64,000 bases of DNA, taken from positions 346,237-410,236 of the forward strand of contig CBDAUE010000002.1 of NCBI GenBank assembly GCA_965200595.1, given 5' to 3'. How positions within the stretch are numbered: position 1 is the first letter of the stretch; every line of letters begins with the position of its first letter. This DNA comes from Thermodesulfobacteriota bacterium. Its GTDB lineage: Bacteria; Desulfobacterota_D; UBA1144; Nemesobacterales; Nemesobacteraceae. Shown one piece after another: positions 34,364 through 44,243 of the stretch. The position numbers and the translations under genes are program-made. Below the pieces are notes generated by a model. It was not told the origin of the DNA. It worked only from the letters and a program-made list of their open reading frames with translations, and did not search any database.

Positions 34364-34495
34364 TTTCTAGGGTTTCCTACCTGAATATATCTGTATTTGC
34401 GGGGCCGTGAAAGAATTGCTTGCTTTTTGCTTTTCAAGGGTTATAGTCATGCCCCAACAATTGTTCCAATAAATTTTTCGAGGAGACGGAATTAG

Positions 34496-34717
34496 ATGGA
34501 AGAAAGGACAGAAAAGGAGCATATAAGCAACCACATTGATATCGAATCCAAAAGATTTTTCTTTGACGTTAAGGAAAACCACAAGGGTCAGTATCTTAGG
34601 ATTACTGAACTAAGCGGCGGCAGGTCAAGCATAGTTGTTCCCTTTGAGGGAATAGAGCAGTTCAGAGACAAGCTGGTTGAAACGATAAATCAATCCCTTG
34701 AATTAGCCGAAAACTAG
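34496..34717 (+). CDS. single PUR-repeat (Pur-alpha-like/DUF3276) nucleic-acid-binding protein
   Basis: SKRFFFDVKEN.KGQYLRITE...RSSIVVP matches the PUR repeat pattern; GGAG RBS. Confidence 0.8.
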   Translation: MEERTEKEHISNHIDIESKRFFFDVKENHKGQYLRITELSGGRSSIVVPFEGIEQFRDKLVETINQSLELAEN

Positions 34718-34770
34718 ATAATTCCCGACAGTCTAATTTCCTCCCATCCTTTCATAGGCTTTAAGATCGT

Positions 34771-36024
34771 CTACATGATCGCTTTTGCTTTTACCACTCT
34801 GAGTTTTATATAATTCGGGTCCGGAAGCTTGCTTATGAATCCGACCTGAACATTCTTGAGCCGCATCATCTGTTTTGCGTCCAGAACTCCTTTTATCTTG
34901 AAGCGGTTTGATCCGAAAGGGGTGTTTGAGGATTTGAAAAACTCTATTTCAAGTTCTATTTTTTCGTAAGGGATGTCGCTTATATTCTCGATGACCAGCT
35001 TGCTGAGCGTTGCGATTCCCCCGGGGATTCCGCTTCCCCATTTAAATTCCCTTATGACTATATCCTGCTTCGGAAAAACTTCCGGAAGTTGTTCCTGATA
35101 AATTTCTGCGTCCCTGTATGCAGCAGGATCGACGGAATCGGCCGGTCCATCAGCAGGAGAAACGCTTTCGGATTCATCCGCATACGGTGTTTCCTGGCCC
35201 GGTTCAGCTTCTTTCTGCGGTTTTTTTTCTCTCAGTATGCTTACTGAACTGATTTTTTGCTTTATCCTCTCCCCGATGCTTCCTCCGCCGGCAAGAATGT
35301 AATTAAGTTCTTTTGTTGTTATAGCTTCGGCTCCGGAGACCGCAATGGATCTTTCAATAGCTTTTGGACTCGAAAAACCGACGTTTATCCCGGTAAAAGT
35401 TTTTTCCTCTCCTGCGGGAAGTACGTTATGTATTGTTACCGAGGATCGGTGAGTGCTGCCCGGTCCGGTTCCGCCCTCTCTTTCCGTTAAAAGCAGTTTC
35501 AAGTTTTTAAAGTGGACTTTTCCTGTGTTCTCAAGGGTGATCTCGGTTATAAAACCCTCCGTTCCGAAACTCGCGCCTTCAAACTCCCAGTTTTTTACGA
35601 AAATCATGTCTTCAGCATCTGCAAACGAGCTCTCCGACACCTCAGCGCCGGCTACCATTGCCTCAAAGTCTTCAGGATCCGAGTTCATGAGTCCCATATC
35701 CAGGTCGGAGAACGTTTTCTGGCTTCCTGCGGGCAGTTCCTCGGGTATATTCCCGTGAAGTGAGCCCAGGAGCTTGCCGGTTCTTGTAAACAGATCAATC
35801 CTGATCTTTATGTCCCTGTAGCTGGTTTTGCCGGAGTTTGCGACGGTTATTTTCCCAAGTGTCGCCATGCGCCCCGTTCCATAGGATTTCCAGGAATAAT
35901 CCGTTACTGTCAGATCTTCACGTGGATTCGGCTGCGCATGGGCGATTTCCGCCTGGGGAGAGTGGATAAGCGGAAAGAGCAGAAGGGCAATCGTGACTGT
36001 CGCGACATGAATTATGCTTTTCAT
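34771..36024 (-). CDS. secreted protein with three repeated ~110-aa beta domains (FxLYD-like)
   Basis: Signal peptide; repeats KITVAN..YRDIKI / EITLEN..FKNLKL / KLVIEN..YEKIEL. Confidence 0.75.
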   Translation of the reverse strand: MKSIIHVATVTIALLLFPLIHSPQAEIAHAQPNPREDLTVTDYSWKSYGTGRMATLGKITVANSGKTSYRDIKIRIDLFTRTGKLLGSLHGNIPEELPAGSQKTFSDLDMGLMNSDPEDFEAMVAGAEVSESSFADAEDMIFVKNWEFEGASFGTEGFITEITLENTGKVHFKNLKLLLTEREGGTGPGSTHRSSVTIHNVLPAGEEKTFTGINVGFSSPKAIERSIAVSGAEAITTKELNYILAGGGSIGERIKQKISSVSILREKKPQKEAEPGQETPYADESESVSPADGPADSVDPAAYRDAEIYQEQLPEVFPKQDIVIREFKWGSGIPGGIATLSKLVIENISDIPYEKIELEIEFFKSSNTPFGSNRFKIKGVLDAKQMMRLKNVQVGFISKLPDPNYIKLRVVKAKAIM

Positions 36025-36208
36025 CAGGTCTTAAAATAATCTTCGCACTAGTATACCGAACAGTTTTTGTTATGGAAGATCCGGCGGGAAGGCTTTTGCT
36101 CTTGAGATATCTTCCAAAAAAGTTATAAATCTAGAACCGTCAGCCGGCGGCTGAAGATTTTCTCGGCGTGCGATTCGCCGCAATTCATATAAAACGGCGG
36201 GATTTTCA

Positions 36209-36547
36209 ATGGCAATTTATATATTACTGAGCAGGCTTACTCCCGAGGGCAGAAAAACTGTAAAGGAGCGGCCCGGAAGAATAAAGGAAGTCGACAAGGA
36301 ACTTGAAGACATAGGCGTTAGGGTTATTGAGCAGTATGCGACTCTGGGCAGGTACGATTTTGTAAACATAGTTGAGGCGCCCGATAACGAAACCATAGGG
36401 AAAGTATCGGTTGATCTCTGCTCAAGAGGAACTGTGGAACTGGTAACTCTTCCTGCAGTCTCGGTCGAATCTCTGGTTGAATCGCTTAACAGGGTGAGAG
36501 CGGAGAAGACACCCCCGACGCCATCCGGGGAAGACAACAATGCTTAA
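36209..36547 (+). CDS. GYD domain protein
   Basis: YATLGRYDFVNIVEAPD, TLPA. Confidence 0.88.
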   Translation: MAIYILLSRLTPEGRKTVKERPGRIKEVDKELEDIGVRVIEQYATLGRYDFVNIVEAPDNETIGKVSVDLCSRGTVELVTLPAVSVESLVESLNRVRAEKTPPTPSGEDNNA

Positions 36548-36698
36548 AAAATATTTCGGAGTAGTTGAAGAGCAGTCGCGTGACGTTTTCGGGACGCACC
36601 CGAAAAAAACCCTCTCGGCCTTTTCTTTTCTCTCGGTCGCTTCGGTCGTTTTACCCCTGTCCATACTTATTCTGTTCATTCTGCTTAAGCTTTTCTGA
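36540..36698 (+). CDS. 52-aa small membrane protein (below ORF-track cutoff)
   Basis: MLKKYFG...SVVLPLSILILFILLKLF; overlaps the GYD stop and ends 10 bp before mutL. Confidence 0.55.
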   Translation: MLKKYFGVVEEQSRDVFGTHPKKTLSAFSFLSVASVVLPLSILILFILLKLF

Positions 36699-36708
36699 AA
36701 AGTATTAA

Positions 36709-38502
36709 ATGGCAAAAATCAGAACACTTCCGGATGTGCTTGTTTCCAAGATAGCCGCTGGAGAAATAGTCGAAAGGCCGGCTTCCGTAGTAAAAGAGCT
36801 TGTTGAAAACTCAATTGACGCCGGGGCAACCAGAATATCCATACACCTTGAAGCCGGAGGCAGGCGGCTTGTAAGGGTGGCTGATAACGGCCACGGAATG
36901 TCGCGTGACGATGCGCTTATGAGCATTGAACGTCATGCTACGAGCAAAATAAGGGATATTGAGGATCTTTTCTCGATACAGACTCTGGGTTTTCGCGGCG
37001 AGGCGCTTCCAAGCATAGCCAGCGTTTCAAGATTCAGAATGGTAGCCGCCGCCGAGGGGGCGGAATCCGGCACCGAGATCTACATTGAAGGCGGAGTTGT
37101 AAGGAAAATAAAAGAAACGGCGTCTCCTGCGGGTCTGTCGGTTGAGGTTAAAAATCTGTTTTTCAACACCCCGCCCCGGCTTAAGTTTCTGAAAACGCCG
37201 GAGACTGAACTTGGCAGGGCTCTTGAGGTTGTCCAGCGCGAAGCTCTTTCGCGCCCCGGGGTGTTTTTTGAGGTTTCCTCAGGCGGTAGAGTTATCCATC
37301 GCTATGGCGCAAGCGAGTCGCTTGCGCAGCGCGCAGCCCAGATAATCCCCGGCACGGACCTCTACCCAGTAGACTTTGAAGACGGCACGCTGAAGTTGCG
37401 CGGCTTTCTGGGAAGTCCTCTGGATCCGCGCTCCTCGATGCGCAGACTCTTTACCTACGTAAACTCAAGACCCGTAAGAGACCGTTTCATAAACAGGGTT
37501 ATAATGGATTGTTACGGAAGGATGATTGAGAAGGGAAAATATCCTCAAGGGGTGGTTTTTATTGAAAGAGATCCTGCTTTGGTGGATGTGAACGTACATC
37601 CGACCAAAAGCGAGGTGATGTTCGATAGCCAGTACGAAGTTGGCCAGAGCATTCGTCGCTCCATAGAAGGTATGCTTGCAGACGCCCCCTGGATGAAGTC
37701 CCGCGGGGAGAGAACCCGCAAGGCTCTTGGGGATTTCTACGAGAAGCAAAAAGACCCCGGGCTTTCCGAGAACAGGGAGTACTCCTCAGCAGCGCCTTCG
37801 GCAAAAGGGGCTTCCGTCCGAGCCACTCACAGACCTGAGCCGGGTTCTGCGCGTCCCGGCAAAGCCGATTTCTCCATGCCTGAGAAATCTACGGGAGAGG
37901 ACATGTTCTCCCAGGGTTTTTATTCAGACCTCAAGTTCCTCGGACAGGTCGGAAGGCTTTATCTGGTGTGTGAGGATCCGGACGGCATTATTCTTGTTGA
38001 CCAGCATGCGGCCCATGAGAGGGTTAACTTCGAGAGAATAAAAAAATCTTATCTGGAAGAATCTTTTTCCTGCTCCCAGAAACTTCTCATCCCCGAGGTC
38101 GTCGAACTTACGGTCCGGGAAATCAGTACGGCACGACAGTTTTCAGAAAAAATGGAGAAACTCGGCTTTGATTTTGAAGTTTTCGGGGATAACGCGGCGA
38201 GAGTGAAATCCGTCCCTGGATTTTTGAGGGACTCCGATTACGTCCGGGTTTTTACCGATCTGTTTGATGAACTTGAAGGTTTCGGCGATCCCAGAACCCT
38301 GGATGAGCATCTTGACAAAGTGTGTGCGACCATGGCGTGCCACAGTTCAATAACCGCAAACCGAAAGCTCTCAGAGCAGGAAACACGGATGCTTTTTGCG
38401 GATATGGATAATTGCCAGAATCCGCACGCATGTCCTCACGGCAGGCCGGTGTCTGCCCGGATATCCTACAATATGCTTGAAAAGATGTTTAAGAGAAACT
38501 GA
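36709..38502 (+). CDS. mutL: DNA mismatch repair protein MutL
   Basis: IAAGE, KELVENSIDAG, GFRGEAL, DVNVHPTK, DQHAAHER, CPHGRP. Confidence 0.97.
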   Translation: MAKIRTLPDVLVSKIAAGEIVERPASVVKELVENSIDAGATRISIHLEAGGRRLVRVADNGHGMSRDDALMSIERHATSKIRDIEDLFSIQTLGFRGEALPSIASVSRFRMVAAAEGAESGTEIYIEGGVVRKIKETASPAGLSVEVKNLFFNTPPRLKFLKTPETELGRALEVVQREALSRPGVFFEVSSGGRVIHRYGASESLAQRAAQIIPGTDLYPVDFEDGTLKLRGFLGSPLDPRSSMRRLFTYVNSRPVRDRFINRVIMDCYGRMIEKGKYPQGVVFIERDPALVDVNVHPTKSEVMFDSQYEVGQSIRRSIEGMLADAPWMKSRGERTRKALGDFYEKQKDPGLSENREYSSAAPSAKGASVRATHRPEPGSARPGKADFSMPEKSTGEDMFSQGFYSDLKFLGQVGRLYLVCEDPDGIILVDQHAAHERVNFERIKKSYLEESFSCSQKLLIPEVVELTVREISTARQFSEKMEKLGFDFEVFGDNAARVKSVPGFLRDSDYVRVFTDLFDELEGFGDPRTLDEHLDKVCATMACHSSITANRKLSEQETRMLFADMDNCQNPHACPHGRPVSARISYNMLEKMFKRN

Positions 38503-38590
38503 TTCTTAGAGTTGATACATAAAAATGGTATTAAGGAACTTCCAGGAAAAATTACTTTTTGCAAATCTGTGAAGGAGGAACGAATCTGAA

Positions 38591-39160
38591 ATGGCTGTTG
38601 TTGGCACGAGCGGTTTTCACAAGGGTATGAAGATCGAAACCGAGGGGGCGATCTGGGAGATAGTAGAGTACAAGCATTCAAAAATGGCGCAGAGAAGCCC
38701 GATAGTTACGGCGCGGCTCAAGAATATAGCCACGGGAGCCGTACGGGAAATGAAATTCCGGGCGGGAGACACATTTAACGTTCCCGATATCCAGAAAAGA
38801 ACCATGCAGTATCTGTACAGGGACGATGATATGTTTTACTTCATGGATTCTGAAACTTTTGATCAGTTTCCTTTCAGGGCGGATGCGATAGGGGATACGG
38901 TGAAGTTTCTCAAAGAACAGCAGGAAGTCGTGGTGCAGATGTATGAGGGAGAGCTGATAGGAGTGGAGCTTCCCACAGCCGTTGTCTTTGAGGTTACCCA
39001 TACCGAACCCGGAGTAAAGGGAGATACGGTTTCAAGCACCACTAAACCGGCTACCATAGAAACCGGAGCAGTTGTGGCCGTTCCTCTTTTTATTGACATC
39101 GGAGACATGATAAAAGTTGATACGAGAAACGGGAACTACCTGGAGAGGGCGAAATCCTGA
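38591..39160 (+). CDS. efp: elongation factor P with atypical loop KMAQRS
   Basis: MQYLY, FMDSETFDQ, EPGVKGDT, KPA..ETG...VPLFI, KVDTR. Confidence 0.93.
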   Translation: MAVVGTSGFHKGMKIETEGAIWEIVEYKHSKMAQRSPIVTARLKNIATGAVREMKFRAGDTFNVPDIQKRTMQYLYRDDDMFYFMDSETFDQFPFRADAIGDTVKFLKEQQEVVVQMYEGELIGVELPTAVVFEVTHTEPGVKGDTVSSTTKPATIETGAVVAVPLFIDIGDMIKVDTRNGNYLERAKS

Positions 39161-39189
39161 GAAGAGAGCTCTTGTCGCTAACTGGAGAC

Positions 39190-40491
39190 CTATTTCCCGA
39201 AAGGGTCCTCAGTTTCCGGATGCCAGAGCTTGAAATGTTCTCTGTGCAGTTCGTGGTATGAGTCTTTTTCGAAGTACTTATCGTAGAATTCAAGATCAAG
39301 GTGATGGGCCTGAAATACCAGCCGAACAAACATCGGGTCCAGGAAAGCCGGAAATCTTCCGTAGTTTTCATACACGTAAGAGCAGAAATCCTTTACTATC
39401 TGTATTCTGATCTCGGAAGGATGGTATTCGTCGCGCAGGACCGATTCAGGGTCTTTGTAGGGAAACGGATTGTCTTCCTTCCAGAATTCTCCCCTTACTT
39501 CCAGAAATCTGTCGACAGCTTCGTTCATGTCCGCTACGTAGGGAGGGCAGAGGGATTCGAAAACTCCGTCCCTTCCGACAGGATAAGGCGGGTTTGTACT
39601 CCTTAGGCTTTGCTCCGGCTGGACGAAACGGAATCCCAGACCTTTGTGGGAAGGATCGACCCCGAGCGCATAGTGGGGAAGCAGTCCGGTGAAGGTCCAG
39701 CCTCCGAGTCCCAGAGCCTGCAGAGCAAGATTCATGTTCTGGCTTATAAAGGCCTGCTCCACGTTAAGAGTAGTCAGCACCCTTAATTCCAGATCAAACA
39801 GGGAAAGCCTGACGTCGTTTCTTATGTAGCCTTTTTTTATCCACTTATCAAGCCCACATGATCTCCCCCCGTTGAGTTCGTCGATGATGTTAAATCCGTA
39901 CTTGGCCCCGAAGTATATGAACAGAAGAACCATATACTCAACGGTGGTGTTGGTTACAGGGATAAAGAAAGTCGTTCCCGGCTTGTTTGTGTTCCATGCG
40001 TTAAAGTCGAAAAGACCGGGTTCTCCCTTCGGAAGATCAGCCCTTTGAGTCTCAAGGGTGATTCTGCTTGCCCTGAAAAGCTCGACTATTTTTTCAAGCT
40101 GCTTTTCCCTGTCAAGCGACATGAAAATGGAGGTGTCCGGAGGTATAAGATCAAAAAGCCGCACCATGTATACGCCCTGGTCGTTTGTGTAGAAAAGTTC
40201 GGTCGAATGGGAGTTGCAGGAGCACGGCCAGCTTCTGCCGGTCCACTGGAAAAGCCATGATATGCCGGTTCTCGGAAGATCTCCCAGGGAAAGACCCGTG
40301 GTGCCCGTGCCGGCCCAGATGAGAAAAGCCTCTTCAAGTTCGGAAAGGGCAACGGGGTTGTGAGCGGAACTGTACGCAAGGTTGCCTTCGGGAATTTCCA
40401 TCCCGAGGCCGAAGCGACGCGATCTTCTTGAGAATATGGAATCCAGAAGACTGAAGTTTATCGCTCGTTCAAAACCCTCGGGGATTTTCAT
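39190..40491 (-). CDS. conserved hypothetical protein, nitroreductase-like
   Basis: RRSRRF near the N-terminus and QNMNLALQALGLGGW resemble FMN-binding nitroreductase elements. Confidence 0.6.
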   Translation of the reverse strand: MKIPEGFERAINFSLLDSIFSRRSRRFGLGMEIPEGNLAYSSAHNPVALSELEEAFLIWAGTGTTGLSLGDLPRTGISWLFQWTGRSWPCSCNSHSTELFYTNDQGVYMVRLFDLIPPDTSIFMSLDREKQLEKIVELFRASRITLETQRADLPKGEPGLFDFNAWNTNKPGTTFFIPVTNTTVEYMVLLFIYFGAKYGFNIIDELNGGRSCGLDKWIKKGYIRNDVRLSLFDLELRVLTTLNVEQAFISQNMNLALQALGLGGWTFTGLLPHYALGVDPSHKGLGFRFVQPEQSLRSTNPPYPVGRDGVFESLCPPYVADMNEAVDRFLEVRGEFWKEDNPFPYKDPESVLRDEYHPSEIRIQIVKDFCSYVYENYGRFPAFLDPMFVRLVFQAHHLDLEFYDKYFEKDSYHELHREHFKLWHPETEDPFGK

Positions 40492-40538
40492 TTGTCCGTT
40501 CTTGTTAGATGGCCTTGCGAGAAACAGCCCATTTCCGG

Positions 40539-40988
40539 TCAGTTCTTAAGTGTGTTGCATTCTTCGCAGATTCCACTGAAAAGCACTGAGCACCCAAGAA
40601 TTTTGTAATCGTCTATTTGCGGGTCAAATTCGGAGTAAGTTATGGAATCGTCGTATATATCCTCTATTTTTTTGCATCTTACGCATACGACATGGTGGTG
40701 GGGTTCCATATTGGCGTCGTATCTTGCGGCGTGATACAGAGTGTTGACTACCGATATAAGACCCATTTTCTCGAATGTCTCGAGCGTTCTGTACACGGTG
40801 GTAAGGGATATGTTCGGATAGTAGTCCTTTATGTTCTTGTAGATCATCTCGGTGCTCGGGTGCTGCACGCTTGCCGCAAGCTCCCTGTATATCGCTATTC
40901 TCTGAGGAGTTACCTTAAGACCCAGTTCTTTGCTTCTTTTTATGAATTGCGATATCTTGTTTTCGGTTCTGAGTTCTGAACTCTCCAT
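40539..40988 (-). CDS. Fur-family regulator (PerR-like)
   Basis: TPQR, HPS, ISLTTVYRTL, HHHVVCVRC, GICEEC; probable ATG at 40988. Confidence 0.92.
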   Translation of the reverse strand: MESSELRTENKISQFIKRSKELGLKVTPQRIAIYRELAASVQHPSTEMIYKNIKDYYPNISLTTVYRTLETFEKMGLISVVNTLYHAARYDANMEPHHHVVCVRCKKIEDIYDDSITYSEFDPQIDDYKILGCSVLFSGICEECNTLKN

Positions 40989-41064
40989 AATCTGTTCCTT
41001 CAGGGGATTAGAACACACCGTTTCCAGTGTACCTTGAAAAATTTTAAGTCTCAAACCGCGCGCC

Positions 41065-41676
41065 ATGGAGAAAACCGTGATTGAGTTCATGAAGAAAAAC
41101 AGGGTTGTGGCAGTTATAAGATCCGCCAGTTACGAAAAATCTCTTGAATTCGCACGAGGATGCGTTGACGGCGGGATAAAAATCATAGAAATCATATCAA
41201 TCTCCGCGGGTTCTGAAAAACTTCTTCGAGGGCTTGCCTGCGAAGACGGAATATGTGTCGGGGCGGGTACGGTTCTTGACCGTGACTGCGCCGAGAAGAT
41301 GTGTGAGTGCGGAGCCCGTTTCATAGTTTCTCCCCACACCGATCCCGGGATAATTGAATATTGCCGGAAAAAAGAAATTACGGTAATCTCGGGAGCCTTT
41401 ACTTCCTCTGAGATAATTAACGCCCGCAGAATCGGCGCGGACTTCGTAAAGATATTTCCCGCTTCAAGCTTCGGTCCGGGTTACGTGAAGGCTATAAAAG
41501 AGCCCCTCGGGTTTGTGGATATCATGGTCACCGGAGGAATTACCGCGAATAACATCCAGGATTACCTCTCGGCGGGATCTGCGCTAGCCGGTGTGTCTAC
41601 CGCGCTTCTGAACGGGGGAGACGACTATCAGTCAATAAAGCACAGGGCCGAGGAGTTCTCACGGTTCTCCACGTGA
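41065..41676 (+). CDS. eda: KDPG/KHG aldolase
   Basis: AVIR, GAGTVL, FIVSP, VKIFPA, TGGI. Confidence 0.9.
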   Translation: MEKTVIEFMKKNRVVAVIRSASYEKSLEFARGCVDGGIKIIEIISISAGSEKLLRGLACEDGICVGAGTVLDRDCAEKMCECGARFIVSPHTDPGIIEYCRKKEITVISGAFTSSEIINARRIGADFVKIFPASSFGPGYVKAIKEPLGFVDIMVTGGITANNIQDYLSAGSALAGVSTALLNGGDDYQSIKHRAEEFSRFST

Positions 41677-42044
41677 AAATGGATGCAAAGCCGCAGGCAA
41701 GGGAATTTTATCTTGACTCAGTAGACGATGTGTTTGCCGAAATCTTTTTTCTTTTCGGCGGCGATTTTAACGTCCGGATGGAAATTGCTTCCGAAACTTT
41801 GCTTGTAACCGCTTCTTTTTCGCGTCGGGTCACGGAGATTGACTGTGAGAGTGCGATTGATTTTGAGCTTTGTTCCTCTGAGTGTTCGAGTGTTCCTGCG
41901 GGAAACCCGGAGGAATATCTGGGGATCCCGGTACATACAAGCAGCGCACTTGAGTTTTTTGACTATGTCTTTTCCCAGAGATTGGAAGTAGTCTGTGGTG
42001 TGAGTTTTGCGGGCAACAGCTGGGTAATATCCGTTGATCTCTAA
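41673..42044 (+). CDS. hypothetical protein
   Basis: 123-aa ORF with GTGA overlap on the eda stop. Confidence 0.6.
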   Translation: MKMDAKPQAREFYLDSVDDVFAEIFFLFGGDFNVRMEIASETLLVTASFSRRVTEIDCESAIDFELCSSECSSVPAGNPEEYLGIPVHTSSALEFFDYVFSQRLEVVCGVSFAGNSWVISVDL

Positions 42045-42276
42045 AAACGTTGTCTTTGTATGGGGTCAGGTTTTTTAGAGAGCATAAGACAGAATTGGAG
42101 AAATAGCTGCTAAGACTGTAAAGAGTAATCATACGTCCCATCGAATTTCAGCAAAACCGTGGTTTCAATTTTGAAACGCAGCAGGTTGCATTTCAACAGT
42201 ACATAAATCCCGCGGTTTTCACTTTTTGGAGTATATCACCGGTTGAAACAATGCTGCGGAATGCGCTCATAGCCGA

Positions 42277-42571
42277 TCACACTGGCTCAATTTTCAGGGC
42301 AACGAGATTACGCTCGGCTTTGTTGAATACTAACCCCAGCAACAGAATCTGTTTACCTTCATCCCTGTATTGATCTGCATACCCGTGTTCTCTTATCTGC
42401 TCCAGTGCACGCTTCAACGCTGACCTGACATGCTTCTCGTCACCGACCAGCTTTACCTCCAGCAAATATATCTTCCCCGCTTCCCTCACTACCAGATCAC
42501 AACGACCCAAACTAGACGGCACCTCCGGACGCATATCCCCGCCCGCCGATAGGTATTTTTTTTCGCTTCAT
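42277..42571 (-). pseudogene. internally deleted AAA-ATPase-like/PD-(D/E)XK gene
   Basis: Start MKRKKIPIG (family-typical N-terminus) joined out of frame to the C-terminal GRCDL..YLLEVK..ALEQI..GY segment. Confidence 0.75.
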
Positions 42572-42814
42572 AGTGACTAATTTTTCATTTTAGAAAATAA
42601 AAGCCTTCCATGCAATCGGGCCAAGCCTTTTTACTCGGGAATTCTGGTTCATGCTAAACTACCGCATTTTAATGATGCACAAGACGGCACCACATATCAT
42701 TTATCTTAGCAGCATTCCGGGTCAATTACTTGCAGCAAGTCATTGCGTATCCTCAACTACGCGGATGACCTGTATATAATTTCCTGTAATTTGCAGTGAA
42801 AAGGGTTGCAGGGA

Positions 42815-43894
42815 TTAAAACCGTTCCAGAATTTCGTAATAGGTGTTTCTCTGCGCGGGATTAAAACCGGCGCTTTTTATCATATGAACCAGTTCGTCCA
42901 CGGTCGAGCGGATTTTGTTCTCAGCACACCCCAGGACATTTTCATCATAAAGAGTCCCGCCGAGGTCGCTTGCACCGTAATGCAGGGATATTGATCCCAT
43001 CTTCTTTCCCTGTGTGAACCAGGAGCCCTGCACATGCTTGAAGTTGTCAAGAAATATCCTGCATACTGATAGAACCCTGAGATATCTTTCCCCGCCGACC
43101 TCGTCCTTTATTCTTTTTTCAAGCAGGGTGTTTTTCGGCTTGAATGTCCAGGGGATAAACGCCAGGAAATTCCCCGTTTCATCCTGAAGCTCTCTTATCC
43201 TGAGTATGTGCTCGATTATATCTTCGTCCTCCTCAAGATGTCCGAACATCATGGTCGCGGTCGTCTTAAAGCCCGTAAGATGGGCTTCTCTGGTGATTTT
43301 CATCCAGGTGTCGGCATCTATCTTAAGAGGGCTTATCGCTCTTCTCGCTCTGTTGGACAGCACCTCGGCTCCTCCTCCCGGTATTGTCCGCAGCCCGGCT
43401 TCCCAGAGGCTGTGAAGCACGTATTTCGTGTCGAGATCTTCATACTTGGCAATAGCGGCTATTTCCGGGGCGGAGAATGCGTGAAGATGAAGATCCGGTA
43501 TTTCCTTCGTGGCCCTTTTTACGATCTCAATATAGTAGTCAAGTTTAAGTTCCGGGTTGTGACCGCCCTGCAGAAGCACTGTAGTGGCGCCGTTGTGGTA
43601 CGAGGTGCGCATCACTTCAATCACTTTGTCGACGCTCATGGTGTAGGCGTCGTAGGCGCCCGGCGGTCTCCAGAAGGCGCAGAACAGGCACTCCGTGTCG
43701 CAGACGTTGGTATAGTTTGGGTTTGTGTCCGCGACGAAAGTAACTATGTTTTCCGAATTAAACCTTCTTCTTGCGATATCGGCCAGAGAGCCCAGTTTGA
43801 GCAGGTCGGCTTTTTCAAGAAGCACAGCGGCTTCCTCAGCCGATATCCTCTTGCCTTCAAAGACTTTCGCGTAGATGTTCTCAAGCGAACTCAT
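42815..43894 (-). CDS. mqnC: cyclic dehypoxanthine futalosine synthase (radical SAM)
   Basis: NYTNVCDTECLFCAF, LQGGH, PGGGAE, TATMMFGH, AFIPWTF, QGSWFTQG. Confidence 0.88.
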   Translation of the reverse strand: MSSLENIYAKVFEGKRISAEEAAVLLEKADLLKLGSLADIARRRFNSENIVTFVADTNPNYTNVCDTECLFCAFWRPPGAYDAYTMSVDKVIEVMRTSYHNGATTVLLQGGHNPELKLDYYIEIVKRATKEIPDLHLHAFSAPEIAAIAKYEDLDTKYVLHSLWEAGLRTIPGGGAEVLSNRARRAISPLKIDADTWMKITREAHLTGFKTTATMMFGHLEEDEDIIEHILRIRELQDETGNFLAFIPWTFKPKNTLLEKRIKDEVGGERYLRVLSVCRIFLDNFKHVQGSWFTQGKKMGSISLHYGASDLGGTLYDENVLGCAENKIRSTVDELVHMIKSAGFNPAQRNTYYEILERF

Positions 43895-44243
43895 AGGAAA
43901 AACTAATAAATCCAATAGCGGGGGCAAAGTCAATTCCAAAAGCGGTGCTAATCAGGTCATCTTCGGGGTGAGTGCGAACGAAAAATTTCCTGCGGCATGG
44001 GGCATTGTATTAAGCAGAGGAACACGAATTCAATACAGGTTTTTGATACTTGTCCGAGTTTTTGAATACACTAGTAATGCCGTGTCAGACTATAGAACAG
44101 GCCATATCGAGAAAATATAAAACGTTACTGAAAAAGCTGTCGGGCAGATTAAAGAAAACCCGGGAAATCTCTTTTATTGCCTTCCCGGAATAAAAGCAAC
44201 CGTACAGGAAATCAGTACGAAGTTAGATGAAAGAGCAGACGCG

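Noticed and set aside
42158-42250. CRISPR-like GTTTCAAT / TTGAAAC words
   Set aside because: No regularly spaced repeats, no spacers and no cas genes; treated as a palindromic dispersed motif.
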